From Amphiscolops sp. MND2022 (Eukaryota): a DNA stretch of 64,000 nucleotides. The stretch lies in assembly GCA_964187785.1 (NCBI GenBank), contig OZ076409.1, forward strand, positions 28,584,001 to 28,648,000. Direction: 5' to 3'. The stretch's first letter is position 1; every line of letters begins with the position of its first letter. Below the pieces are notes generated by a model that worked only from the letters and a program-made list of their open reading frames with translations, searched no databases and was not told the DNA's origin. Shown piece after piece: positions 33,971 to 47,890 of this stretch. A program made the position numbers and the translations under genes.

Positions 33971-36900
33971 TACCGAAAAGTACATGAAGGGGACCCTTTG
34001 ACCATTCCTCTACGTTTGCCACCATCAAATAAATTTGGATTAGTGCGGCACTCGATCCCAAGTACTCTTGTTTCTCGGGCCCTGTCACCAAGTCCGATAT
34101 CATGTGGTACCAGCTAAAGCAAAATGCCGTATGAAAATTATGGAAACCAATGAAAATGGAAGTTACAGTGATGATGACGAAAAAAACTTGCTACAGTAAA
34201 ACTCTAGCACTTTTCCACTAAAAAGAGCTGACTGAAAGTTTTGCTCAGGAGCTCATATCTTCTGTCTAATCTTGGCTTTAGATTCATCAAAAAAGGTTTA
34301 TGCAGTACTAGTTGTCTCGAACACGGCACAAAGCCAGTAAAAAGTTTGAAAAAGGGAAATAGAACAACATCTATAATGATTAGGTGTAAAATGTGCTACA
34401 AGATGGACGTCCTGTTGAGCTTTCCAAGCTTGAACGGGGCGCCGGCGTTTTGTTGATTTTTTAGACAAGGTTTCTCACCAAGTCACTATGAACGTTTCGT
34501 TTTTAAAAATCTTTTCAGCACATGTTTTTATGCGAGTGAAACGCAAGCTTAGTGAACCTTTTGCGACGATTCGCACTGAAACTTGAACGAACTGACTGGT
34601 TTTTAATCTTCCCGTCCGAAAGTGTGACATCCCTCTTCGTTATTTTTCTTCGAAGCGTTATACCTCAAACCGCAATATTTCGAGCGCCCAAGTCTTTGGA
34701 AAAAATCCGCAAGGTCGCAAACGGCCATCATGAAAGAATTGAATTTCGATAGTTTTTCAGCGACCGAAACTTGAAATTTAATAAATATAAGGGCAATTTT
34801 TGCTTTTAGTCGAATCACGTCTTTACCTTCAGTCAATCAGCGTGATAGTTATAATGAATCGAAGAAACATAAAAACATGCGATTTTTCATAAAACTTGTG
34901 CTCTGAAGAATTTTGCGATACAGGGATATTAGCAGTTTAATTTTCGTTAATGTTTCTCAAAGTTTCATCGGAAAATTTTCTGGGCTAAATTATTGCACTA
35001 ATGAAGCATCTCCACATTTCGCAAGTTATGAGGAGCAATGAGTCGAGAAGCGCTGCAAATTTTTATGTATGTTGTGTCTCCAAAAAAAGTTTCTGGTACT
35101 GTGAAAATGGTCGTTAAATTTTGGAATAACTTCGCTAATATTTTTCAAAAAGTACTGAAAGCAAAATTTTTCCTCCAAAAATGTATCTTTACGTCTCGAA
35201 CGTTATGAGAATCAATGTAACCAAAAGTGCTCCGAATATCATGTTTTTTATTTTTCCAGAGAAGTTTGGTACGGAACTGTTGTAAAATTTTTCTGAAGAA
35301 ATTTTATTCGCTCCAAAACATTTATTGTCCCGCTACTGTTTCGCATACATCGCCGTTGTTAGCTATATATGTTAAGCTTTTCATAGATTTTGCGCGCATG
35401 TCAATTTGGGTCCATATTTTACAGGAGCCTTCCGCAAAACTCCTTTGGGCCTATGCATATATTTTTTATTTTTCGTTTTTATGTTAAACAAAAAATGTAG
35501 TTTTGGCCTGGGAGGTTTTTCTTTTCCTATCCAGTTTTTGTCATAGATATTTGAAGCGTTGCTGTAAAATACACTGATTGCTCACCGTGGTGAGTGAGTA
35601 TCTTGTCGGGTACGTGGATTCGAGTCCGGTGCTGGACCAAATATTCAACGCCCAAAAATGTAAAGCGGAGACCAAATGGTCCCTTTGTGTTTTTGGGTAC
35701 TAAATGACTTGTTTTCTCAAGCTTCCAAAAAAGACCATTTTGATTTTGAACAGAAGAAAAGCATTTTGCAATTATAAAAGGCCCTCATTGGGGGTTTTGG
35801 CACTATGCGACTTTGCGACGTTTTCGTTTCGAATGAAAATATTCCGCACATTTTTTGGTTTTTGAGGTTTCCTACCATTTTCCAAGTCTTGTGTGTGACC
35901 TCTGGCTATTTGTGTTCCTCGAAGTGTTAAAAGTGTTCGCAATAATTGAGTAAAAGAGAGTTTTTCGAGTCTGTGCTTTTACGAATATTTTCTCTTTTCA
36001 CTAGTGATTAGCTTGTTCGGCTTTTTTCAGTTTAGAAAACGTGTTTTGTGAGCATAAACGGTCACACCATTGGGTAATTTCGGATCTCTGAGGCGTTTGT
36101 TGAACAAAAGTTTATCGGGAAAATCATAAACTAGGCGTTCTTCTAAATTTTCAGCGTAAAAATCTTTTCTTTTCACACTGAAAGGTCCCCTGGAGATTTT
36201 CTGTTGTAACAGTATATGAAAAAATTTTATTTCAGTAAATCATTTTTTTCTGAGACCAAAGGGTTCCCTCCCGACTTCCGTTTTGGTGACATCTGTTTAA
36301 AATTTTTCAATTCAAAAACTTCTGTTTTGTTTTTGATGTTTTTTAAGAAACTCGATTTTTTCTTTTGTGAGATTTTCAAGAGCTCTCGAAAACACATGCC
36401 AAAATCAAAGTGAGCCTTATCATGACGAAGGCAGAAAGACAAGGGTTCGACTTTGGACATTTTCGATTTTTCACAGAATTGCTTCAAGTTCAGATGACGA
36501 AGTTTGTAGGCTGAAGTTCAGGAGTTTGAGCGTTGCCAAAGTTTATTTCTCGTCTTTTCTTTGAAATTGAACTGTTTTACTAAAAATTTTAACAAGACGG
36601 GACCGTCTAAAATCGGCTCCCAGCATAAGACTCAAAAAGCGCTACGTCTTTTAATTATGCTCAGGGGTGGCTCGCAAACAAATCAGGAAAATTTCGGGAA
36701 TTCATCCGAACGTAGCCGTTCAGGCTCGAAAAACCTTAAAACCTAAAACGTCAACCGACTTTATTTCCAGCTAGTGGTATTTGTATTACTGTCCAAAATA
36801 CATGCTTGCTTTTCAACCGTTCTCCCTATGTTGTAGTTTAAAACCGTTAGCAAAGTTCACACAATTTTCAATTGCGCAGATTGGTTGAATTTCGCGTTAG

Positions 36901-37457
36901 TTTCAAGCCATAAAGCAGTACAAAGTCATTTCAGAGCCATCAAAGACAGTGAAACATTTTCCAGCTGGTTAACCAGGTGAGTAGATAGGTCAATAACTAA
37001 CATTCAAAATAAATTTTATGATTCGGAATGAATTTTTCAACTCATATATTTGACTGATTTCGTATGACTCTGGTAATATAAGTTATGAAATCGTCTGGCA
37101 AATGCTTTGAACATAATGAAACCCACTCTTTCATACGCTAGCCAAAAATTGACATTTCTGTGTATTTCATTGCAGGTTCATTGGATGACGCACTGCTGTG
37201 TGCAAACTCCATTGAAACTCGAGAAATTCTCTTTTCTTTTCAGGCTCACATTCTTGCTAACAAACATTGTGGCTGCTTGATTAGGTATTTTCTGCTATTG
37301 CTTTCTCTGTTTTGTTTCAATTCTTTGAGCGTGTATTTATTTGCTTGAAGAAGTTAGGCTTTTTTCTCAAAAACGTAATGAGTCTTGGTAATTGCAACCA
37401 TTTCTTAGTTACAAATCTACTCGGTTTCTCCAAAATTGATAATAAATAAATTTATCG

Positions 37458-38450
37458 TTACCTACAGTTTTCTTTCAACTTATCAAAAACTAAATTCAAA
37501 AGTGAGGCATGAAAGTGTTTGAGGCCCCTGGAAGAGATCATGCCGGAGTATCCAGGGAAGCTGTTGAGGTCTATGATGAAGGCTTTTCCTGATTGGTCGA
37601 TGATCAAGTCCATGCTGAACAGACTGAGCCGGAACTTGGAGCGGATGACAGCCACCAGTCTGCTGAGCGACTGGGCGTCTATTGTCTCCCTCAGCCTCTG
37701 CAGCTGTTCCCCCGAGAGCTCTTCCCGCATCTTGGCTACCTGAGGGGTGTAGAAGTGCACCGGCCGTAGGTCATCCATCTGACCCTCACCTTGACCCTCG
37801 CTCTGACCTTGACCCCTGGTCACGACCTTGTCAATGCTGGGTCTTGTGGCCACGTGCACCTCGTCACCCAGAGCGGACACCTTGAGCACTGTCTGGTGCT
37901 TGACCATCGGCTGCAGCAACAACCCGTCCAGTTGTCCCTGTTGCTCCAGCACTAGCAGGTGCTCTGGTTTGAACACGACCAGCATGTCGTGGTCCCTGTC
38001 GACCCCAGTGAGTAGGTTGGGCTTGCAGATGAGGGGGAACCCGATGTCCCGCCTTGCTAGCTCTCCCTGCAGCTGGGCCACCGAGCTGATGCAGAACGAG
38101 GGCATGATCTTCACTCCTGCCGCCGCCAACAACTCCAACTCCACTTCATACAGCATGTCAAATGTGCACTTCCGGTTGTAAAGCACCTCAGAATTGGCAA
38201 CATGATCAATCTGGATAATATTGGGCACGGAGTGGAGCTGTTCAAAAATAGCTTCTTGTTCTTCGCTGTGGATCTTCTTACCTTTGACAAAAACTACGTC
38301 GCAGTTTTGCAAGTCCCCAACAGTCTCGATCTTTACTATAACAATGTTGTGAGTTGAAAGCGCAAAAGAGGCCAAAGCATCCAGAGATAGTTTTTCCCAT
38401 TTTCTCTCCTCGATCCAGAAACCAACTTTTCTGGCTTCGAGCTCGACCAT
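37458..38450 (-). CDS. ITPK1: Inositol-tetrakisphosphate 1-kinase (ATP-grasp), intronless
   Basis: VGFWIEERKWEKL, FPLICKP, HDMLVVF, Q.MV.H..VLKV..LG, RPSI, LSLFSMDLII, IIDLNSFPGY. Confidence 0.88.
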   Translation of the reverse strand: MVELEARKVGFWIEERKWEKLSLDALASFALSTHNIVIVKIETVGDLQNCDVVFVKGKKIHSEEQEAIFEQLHSVPNIIQIDHVANSEVLYNRKCTFDMLYEVELELLAAAGVKIMPSFCISSVAQLQGELARRDIGFPLICKPNLLTGVDRDHDMLVVFKPEHLLVLEQQGQLDGLLLQPMVKHQTVLKVSALGDEVHVATRPSIDKVVTRGQGQSEGQGEGQMDDLRPVHFYTPQVAKMREELSGEQLQRLRETIDAQSLSRLVAVIRSKFRLSLFSMDLIIDQSGKAFIIDLNSFPGYSGMISSRGLKHFHASLLNLVFDKLKENCR

Positions 38451-40889
38451 TACTCAACAAGGTCTCTGACAAAACTGTGAGGTTGAGCAGAGACAAAAAC
38501 CACTTCTGAAAGCCGCTGCGGAAAGCTTTGTTCAACAATTCCCAAAGATTTCAAGTTATAGCTAACAAAAGCGAACTTGGCTGGTCAGAAATTAAGTTTT
38601 ATCTTTTCCAAGCCAATCCAATTTGGCTGCCAGTTCAGTGAAAGCATAAGACAGAAGAGAAACTTTGGTAGTACGATGAATTTTGTTGTTTGACGATATG
38701 CACGTCAGCTGCTCAAAAACTAACTAACGTCTTTTTGAACGCGTGAAGCTCGAATTGTATTGTTATACCGTATTATAATACGTGATGGATGAACTCTTCG
38801 TTATTCGAGACTTGTATTATTCTGTCTCTACTTGTAAAGGCTGACTAAAGTTTGCCGGATTTTGGCTACTGTAGAAATATAATCAAACAATTGTTATAAA
38901 AACAGCCAATACAATGTAAGTAGTGTTGTTTATACTTGACGCATGTTTGTTACTTCTTAATTCTCCGTGAAACTTCAGTCCGATGAGCAGAAAAAGCAAC
39001 TCCTAAATAGTAACTGAAGGACCGAAGGTTATGAACACATAAATGACATCATATATTATTACGTCATCGAGAATGAACAAAAGTCAAAGATTGATGGTGG
39101 CATGAAATATTTGGGATGCAACTTCTGGGCACTGCTAAGGGACATGCTTACTCCGTTCATCTGAATAGTAATTACATCATTTTATACCAACTTATATGTT
39201 AATTATATAGATTACCACAACACCGATGGATCAAATGGCGGAAACTTTTTGGAAAAAAGTTCCCCTTTCAGTTACTTTCTGATGAAAATCTTAACATTAA
39301 ATGGCCTTTCAAGTTTCTAAACCATGATCAATGACGTTTTCCACATATTTTAAACACCTTTTCACGTTTTTTTGTCCTTAAATAAAACGCGACATTCTAC
39401 ATTCAGAGTTTAGTTTCTGTCTTCGAAGAAAGAGCTCAATTATATTTTTCGTATCGTTTCCCTTGAACCATCTACCGTCCTGGGATCGAAAAAGTGAACC
39501 TCTGATTGATAATTGTAAAATTCACACCTATCAACTGGGGAGAGGTACGTTCCTCAGGTGCAGGGTTACTCACAAATCCCGTTGGTGGTAAGAAGTTGCT
39601 TATTAGAGTAATTCGGGGTAAACCAATCCGCCGAAAATACCCTAAGAAAACCTATGGAGAATGCACTCAGTCCACAGGGTTTTTGTACCCACTTGTAAAA
39701 ATGCTCTTGCGACTGTTGACGGAAAATTACTTTAACTAAATCGACCGAGGGAGTCGCTCTTGTCCTTAGGAACAAATTTCAATTTGACACCAAAATTGAG
39801 TCGAAAAGGTAATTGCAATCAATCAACCCATCAAGATGATGATTGAGCAACGGTATATTTTCAGTCCTGAACTAATTTACTGATGTGCGTTTATTTCTTT
39901 TTTGTCATTTCATTTCTTCCTTTTTGTCAGAAAAATATCGAAAAATCCGGGTGGATTTTTTACTTCAAATGTCGAAACACCATTGTGTTGGGGGATAAGA
40001 AACAAGGTGTATCTGGGGGTAAGGTGTAAGAAAGAGCAGACTAGAATAGTGGCTGAAAATTTTAAAGATCGACGAAGTGACAGATTTTATAAATTTTGTT
40101 CAACTTGCAGAAAAGTGAATTACGGAAATTCACTGCACAAATTTCTGCGAAAATCTTTCTGCGCCTTCTTAGAATATAAATAATATCTAACACGTACATA
40201 AAATCGGATATAATGTTTTCAAAGTTCGGATGTAACGTTTTCAAAGTTGAGATATAACGTTTCATTTCTCGTACAACAGAATCAGTTTTTCCTAAAATCT
40301 TTACATAGTTCATGTCCAATGTAAAGCTTTGGGGTCAGGTTTTCAGTACTAAAAGACTTTTTTTGGATTTTCGAAAAATCTCTATTCAACACGTGATACT
40401 AAAACCACGTCCCTGAGTACACTTTTGTGCCTTGAGCGGGGCGCCGACTTGGGCCGTTCCCCGCTTGCTATAGCTTTCAGTTGAACCAACTCACATCGAA
40501 ACTACAAGTCCGCGACTTTTTCTGATCGGATTGTCATTTTAAGCCTTAACTAATCAACGAACCTGTGAAACATTTTTTGATAGTCCACTACAAAACTGTT
40601 CACAAAGGTTAGGCTATTAGGTTTCGGATAATTTCAGACGACATAGAAATTGCTCCGAGAGCAGTTCGGAATCATCAAGTTCCTTGTATTCCTCGTGACA
40701 TCACGTTTATCACATAAGCAAACTGGCCCATAGTCAAACAGCCGGAAAAAAACAATGTTTCGGAGGGAGAAGAGAAAACTATTACTTTCTGGGATTCTGC
40801 CTAACTATGGTCTAATCAGTTTGTGAAGACAACAAACGTTCATATCTTTCACAAAATAACTTGGTATTGTGTAAAGGTTGACTTCGCCC

Positions 40890-43800
40890 TAACTCAGAAA
40901 ATTTGAATTGAAGTTATTAGAAGCTAAAAGCGCTTTTTCGCGTGAGAAAAGAGAGCTAGGTAGACAGACTGGCGGGAATAATCACTCAAACAGATCTGAA
41001 CTAGATATGAAGGACTTCAAACAGGAAATCAATTTTGTTTTCATGAGTCTGCTCATAACATGGATCTATCAAAAATTAGGACTTTAGTTCAATTTTGGGC
41101 AATTGGGATTGTCCATTATGTCGCCCCCTCCTCCAGTTGTCTCTTGTGGAAATATTTGCAGACCTCGAATGAATCGGTTCTGAGACAAAAGCTTGCATCG
41201 CGACGTAATCTTTCTCCTAAAAAAAGTGGCTGCCAGAGCGGGCTGAAAAAGATCTCCGAATGATTTGGAGACGAGCTGGTAGAGTCATCCTCCAAAGCCC
41301 GAAAAAACCAGAGTTCCTCGAAAGAGTCAGCTTCGCAAGTGTGCCAAGAGGATTGACGGAAAGCGCTATAGGAAGGGTGACTTGCAGGCTGCTCAAGCTG
41401 CGAAGAAGAGAAAGGATCAAGGGCAGCAGGGTCAAGCAGAAGAGGGATTCGTCGTTGGAGAGGCACTTGAGGATTGAGGTTGGTTCTTTTTAGTAGGTAG
41501 TTCGCGTAGCTCCATACTTTCTCCAAGAAAAGATTTCTTCTCTGATGTTTCGATTTTAACTACACGTACCAGATTGTCTCTTCCAGTATATACAATTTCA
41601 ATCACTCTGAAAGGTTAGCGTAGGGGAGAGTAGGTTGTCCTCTGTGATATAAACGAAGACGCCATCAGAAAGGATATGTTGCTCCTTTTTAGTTTTTTTT
41701 GCAGCGTTAATAATTCTTTTGACCGTTGATTCCAAAAAGCAACAAAGTATTTGAAGCGTTTTCCAGGACATTATTCATCAGGGATAAATCTCATAGGCTC
41801 AACTACTAAAGGTAGTTTTGAAACAATGAATCCAGTTGCTAGCATAGCATTTGTAAGTGGCATGAAATCTTTCGGGTCATCTGAAAACGATGTAAGTGGG
41901 CGAGAATTCAAAATTGCTCTGGCAAATAGTTATATACAATTCATCCACATTAAGGCTTGTTGATTTGCCAAGACAAGTTGATATGCCAACTTTTTTCCTT
42001 GATGCTGGATTCCCAGAGACCACCTTAACGAGCAACTCGTGCTGGGATTGTTACCCAATTCACACCAATTTTGAGACGTCGTCATCCCATACAAAGTGCG
42101 GTTCCCAAGACATTTGGAAAAATTTTTGGCAGAGTTGTCACTGGAGTGACCTATCCGAGGGGGTCAAACACTCGGACCAAGTTCGACGAAGTGAGGATTC
42201 GGCGGGTCGTCAAAGTGCTAGGATTGTCATGGGGCATCTCAACGTAGTCCATTGGAACTTTTTTGATTGAGCTGGAAGCATTGGAAGACTGTTTTCTATC
42301 CTTGCAAAGTTGACCACATCATGCTGAAGTCTGACATAGGTCATTTCATGAAATGACATGGATCTGTCCAAAAGTGTCTGACATCGATTGGGGCAATGAT
42401 ATTGAGTACGCATATACCAAATTGTTTCTATTGGAAGCACTAGGCGTTGCTTTTTTTAAAGCTTAAAAATTGACCAAAATCGACATTTAAAGGGATTTTC
42501 GAGTATTTTTCCGAAAGCACATTTGCTTTGGAAGGTCCGAAAATGTTCTCAACGTATTGGGGCTAGTATATGAAGACGAAATTCGGAAACTTTCGCAGTT
42601 CTGCGGACTTTCTTCTTTGAGACTTTTGACACCAATAATGACCACATGGGTAGTCTGAGAGGAAGGGCGCAAGAATTAAATTTTTTGAAAATCACTTTCC
42701 ACCTCCTCAAACGTACTGGAAATTAGTTGGGGCACTGCTAGGGTTGTAGGCAAATTCATTTTCGATGAGATCTTGTAGCGAAAACTGTTTTTCGGCCGCC
42801 CAAAATAGGCCAAGAGTCTTGAGATTTTTGTCGAATTTGTGAAAGGAAACTTTTTTGTTTTCGCATAAAACAGGAGGAAAGGATTATCGCCTAACTACTA
42901 CTTGTCCACTTCCGGTTCCGCATTTTCATCAATGCCACGTGCTTGTCATGTTTTTTTGTAATTTCAGGTTGTCACCCTCAGATGCATCACCGCCAACGTA
43001 GTCATCAACATAAAATGACTCCAATATGGAATCTTTGCAAATCTGACTTGGGGCATTCACAACTGAGCCTCTCAGAGCTTTACTGCATGATACGAGCTTG
43101 ATGCGACCCAATATACGACCCTAGTGAGTCACCACGTTTCAAGGGATTTGATAGGTCGGACCTTCGAGAAATTTGATTGAAGTATCCATTTTTTCGTTTA
43201 GGGTTACTTGACAAAACTTTTTTTTGTGATATCTCAAGTCAAAGCAATTTTTGAGGAATCGAAGACGAATCAGAATGGAATACAAGTCCGTAGAAATTTG
43301 ACGACAGTGGTGGAGACTATTCCCATTTGACGTTTTGGCAGACGCGTTCAAGACAGCTCACCACGTTGTTGTTGTTGTCGACTCTTGGAATACTGCAAGG
43401 TGTGGAACCACATAGTAATTTCCCACGGGTAGAAACTCTCCGTTGTGTGGCAACCTCTCGATATGTTTCAAGTCGATCTTTTCTCGAAATAAATCGACAT
43501 TTTGTTGACGTGCGCTGTCATTAGATGCGACCTTTTTTTTAATGTCAAAAAATGACCCAGAGCTTTTCAAGCACCGTTTCCACTGTCGGTCACTATTTTA
43601 CTTGGATCAAAGAAAGTTTTGGTTGTGTCTAAAGAGTTTGCACAATTGGTCACCATCTTGACCAAATGTGTTGTGGTGTCGTAGTGACGAACATATTCTA
43701 GTTCTTTGGGCGAATACTTTCCTTCATGGTAAATTGGTAAATTTTCAAAGGAACAAAAGTTCTCAAAATGGTTCCTGTCGAACTGTGTTGGAAATAACTG

Positions 43801-46040
43801 AATTTTGTGCTGAAATTGGCACATCGCCTCCAATTGTTCACCTCAGAGTTGTTTCTGTGAGGCAAGTATTCTGTTCCTTTCGAATCGAGGACCAACTATT
43901 TTTGTGCCGATTTCCTGTCCCTGCAGAAGAACCTTTCTTCCTAGTTTTTCAAAATAATGGGCAAAATTGTTCGGTGGCGACATTGCTTCCCGATTCAAAC
44001 ATGTAGTGACATGGTCAAAACTTATACAGTTTAACGTGAGGGGATGTCCTTTCTTTGGATACATAGTGGTTTCACATTCAGCTTTACTGGCCTTGAAGAT
44101 CTCTGATTCACTCCTGTAAATCGTTCTGATGACGCTGTTATCTTTAACCCAAGTTTCAGCTGCACAATGGCTGCGATAACATTCATGCGAGCACAGGTGT
44201 CGATCATGGCTCGAAGTTTCGTTCTTCGACCATTTGATGCTAGAACACTTACTTCAGCAGTTGGCAAGACAGTTTTTGAATCACAAGAATGGTCTTGTCG
44301 ATCACATATGAGTACTTGTTCAGTCTTTCCTGTCTAATGTAGTGAAATATGTTGCTGGTCATCTCATTGTTTACGACTTGACTTCGAAGAACAAACGTTG
44401 ATAACGTGTCCTTGGGTGAGCAATTGAAACAAAACGATGGTATTTTGACAAAATCTTTGCGATCTTTCAATGATGCAGTCTTGAGTTTTCCTCAATGCAT
44501 GAGATCTTGAGACTCATTTTATTTCAGAGCTTTCAGTTTTTTATCTTCGATGAGAACAGGTTTCTCTTTCTGAACATTGGTACAAGATGAGAGACTTGCT
44601 TATGATCTGATTTTGTTTACCAGCAACTTCCAAAGGGCGTCAAACTTCACTGCCAGGATTTTTTCGTTCCCAAGCTTTTTGAGTCTCTTTGTCCAGTTTC
44701 GTGAAAAGCAAATGGTGCCACATACCAATCTCCACTATCCATCCCTGAGCTGTCATTGATTGACTTGTTTCACTGACAGTTAAATTAAATGGTCCTAATA
44801 ATGTCGGATTCTCTTCGTCAACTGACTTGCAGGCTACAATTTGCGTCAACAAAGTCTTGAGGTGCAGGCAATTGTTCTTAAACTCCTCCTCAAGCATTTA
44901 TCATGCAAATTGATAAAATTCATCAATTGTGGCGTGGCTCTTGATCAACGAATCAACAGCACCGTGAACGGCTGTTTCGAATTGATCTTTGAAAGTTGAA
45001 GTGAGGAAATGGAACTAGAGGTAGCTCGGACTAACGGCTGTTTTAGACGGTCGTATCGCGCTGCTGAAGAAACCGCTGTCAAAGCAGTAAGCTGTGTCTT
45101 TAGCGCAGACATTGCCCAGGCATCCTTGGACATCAAATCAGAAATTTCCTCTATGAATTCTTCCATCTGTATATCAGATACTTGAGCCTTAATTATTTCG
45201 TTTTTCTTGTCAAAGTTCTTCGAAGCAATGTCACTTTAACATTTCTAAGCTCGTTTTGGTTTCGGCTTACAAGCGCTTGCCATCACTGAAGCTCAGTCTC
45301 CAGATTGATTTTTGTTTTTGACATTGACCGAAGTTTTTGAGCAATTGTCAGTGTCTCTGTTTCAGCTGACATTTTTGGAGATTGTGCCCGATTCTGTTTT
45401 CTAGTTTTTATTACTGTGGCGGACCAGTTGTTATTATTACTTTTGCCCCCGCAATTTGTTGTATAGGGGAGGAAATTTTTTTCTGTGTCGCGTTTGTTTC
45501 AAATTTGGCCAAATTTCCACTTTTTCTTCATTTTACACTTTATATTGCCTTTGACTAAGGAGGAGGCAGAGGTTCAAAAACAATTGCGCTTTATCCGAAG
45601 TTTGACGTTATTTCCGAAGTAAATTGCATTTCAAAAAGGTGGCAAACTTTCGATTAAATGTCTATTGTGAGCGCATTTAAGGCGGAAATTATCCCGGTAA
45701 ATGTTAGGCGTCTCGTTATTTTTCGCCAAAAACAACAGTTTTTTCGAACAAGCGTATTGTAATTGACTGTATCTCTGGTTCGGGGGTCGGTGCAGGACGA
45801 TAAATGGCTTCTCCGTAACTCAGAATATTTGAATTGAAGCTGTTAGAAGCCAAAAGCGTTTTGTTCTCGAGAAAGAAATTAGAGCTAATTAGACCGACTG
45901 GCGGGAATAATCACTAAAACAAATCTGTACTAGAAATGAGATCATTTTAAACAGGAAATCAACTTGTAGTTTTCATGAGTTTGTTATAACATATTTGTAA
46001 CAATACTTTAGTTCAACTTCGAGCGATTAGGATTGTCCAA
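40890..46040 (-). mobile_element. Degraded BEL/Pao LTR retrotransposon; LTRs at ~40890-41115 and ~45816-46040
   Basis: Diverged direct repeats (aactcagaa.atttgaattgaag...gactggcgggaataatcact...ggattgtcca); purine tract ggagagggggcg next to the 3' LTR; protease LRAMIDT, RT PHLAV...NASAKTSNG.SL and FYVDDYVGG. Confidence 0.85.
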
Positions 46041-47581
46041 AGGTAATTTTTGTTCTGCCGCTTTTTACAGTTTCACGTGCTCCTTTTTCAGTCATAACTA
46101 GTTTTTACATTCATTACCTATTAAATCGACTCAGTAATTCTTAGCCGAAAACTTCTTAAGAAAAAAAGAACTGTCATATTGTTCTTCAAACTTTCGACTG
46201 TTCGAGCGTGAAACAGTTGGCGAAATGTTTTTCGTTGAAATGATGTAATTTTTGCGTGTAGAGCTGTGTAAAGTTTGTATTTACATGGGATAACTTTCAA
46301 ATATTTCTGGAACTATCAATGTGTCTCTGTCAAGTTGATTGTTGAAAGATTCTTGATTTTTAACCGAACATTTTGTTGAACCGAAAAAATGCTGTCGTGC
46401 ACAAATTTTGTTCAATTCCTTGTTTCGGTAGAATTACTGATAGTGAAGACGTTCCTTTTTGATAACACTGAAAACAGAAAAAAAACCCAACTGAAACTTT
46501 TTTTAAGTCCTTGTAAAAATTAGTAAAGAGCCATGCAAAACCCGTTGTTTTGAGTTGATAAATGGCTCAAAAAGGATGCTTAGAATCACAGTTCTTATAA
46601 GGCCACCTTTTGTAACACTAGCGGTTTCTAATTATGTTCTCGCGCCTTTCTGTCAATTTCCGTAACTGCAGATATCTATCTCAGCAATTTCATTTTCCCT
46701 CAAAATTCTTGGGACCAAAAAGTCTCACAAAAAATATCCAACTTTGCGAAGAGCATAGGCCTCCACAGTTTTGAAAATGGTTTCGGTGTTTTATTTATGT
46801 CCAAATTCTTTATCAGTGTTATTCAGCAATGACAAATTCCCTTGTTTTGGAAGGATTCGAGAACCGAGACGATGTTTTTAAAGCGTAATGGGAGGATCTT
46901 GTTCTTTTCGGGTCCACCAAATGGACTTAAAATAACTACCTTTTTGTAAAAGGGCCAAATTTTGAACCAATGTCAAAAGCCCGGCATTAATAAACAAGTT
47001 TGAAATATGACCAGAACGTTTTTATGAGAAACTCGGAAAACAGGGTGCCTTCAGTGCTCGGAAAACGCTTCTGAAGTTCGAAAATGGCGTGCTGAGACAA
47101 ATGTGAGCGCTTTTTTGATCTTACGGCTACTTTTCAGTAAAACGCAAAGTTGGATATAACGTCCAAAGTTCGAATATAGCGTGCTGAGACAAATGGGAGT
47201 TTTTGTTTTTGAACCTCCGTCTCTTCTTCATAGGTAAAACAGAAAATAGTTCGGATATAACGTCAAAGATGCGGTATAGCGCAAGTTTTTCAAACCTTCA
47301 CATCCAAAATTCGGACAGAATTGAAAGAATATTTGGTGGATATATATTGAGAAAACATAAAATTGAACGAAAAATGAGAATTTTGAACAGTCTCATAATG
47401 CCGAAAAATGTAGAAGGGGACCAGAAAAAATTGAAAGGACCACTCAGTTTGGTTTTGTGTTACGTTTAAAAGGAAAAAATGAAAGTGGGATCCCTTTGCA
47501 CTGTCTTAGATGCGTTCCCGCTGGCCAGTACAGTAGTTTTATTAGTTTCTGTAAAAAGTGTCCTCTACGCAGTCTCTATCT

Positions 47582-47890
47582 GACAATTCGGATTTTTTGT
47601 TCATTTTTGGAGTTTTTCACTTCTCAAATTTCCAAGAAAGGTTAAAATGCTTTTTCTTTTTACTGAAAGTATTTTTGAGCAAAGAATCTGTTGGCTAACA
47701 TTGAATTCTTTCCACATGTTTTAGTATACGACAAATACACTTTGTAAACAACTTGTGGAAAGAATTCAATGTTAGCCAACAGATTCTTTGCTCAAAAATA
47801 CTTTCAGGAAAAACGGTACTGCATTTTCACCTTTCTTGGAAATTTGAGAAGTAAAAAACTCCAAAAAATGAACAAAAAATCCGAATTGTC
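47582..47890. repeat. Foldback/MITE-like inverted repeat with ~135-bp arms
   Basis: gacaattcggattttttgttcatt...gaattctttccaca mirrored by tgtggaaagaattc...aatgaacaaaaaatccgaattgtc. Confidence 0.9.

Noticed and set aside
32805..34103. Cluster of overlapping ORFs (LARFLQ/SCKIL repeats)
   Set aside because: These are translations of the palindromic TCTTGCAAGA arrays of a MITE, not genes.
35575..35640. tRNA-like sequence ending in CCA (similar boxes at ~54330 and ~55250)
   Set aside because: A B-box is present but no convincing cloverleaf; more likely a repeat or SINE remnant than a tRNA gene.
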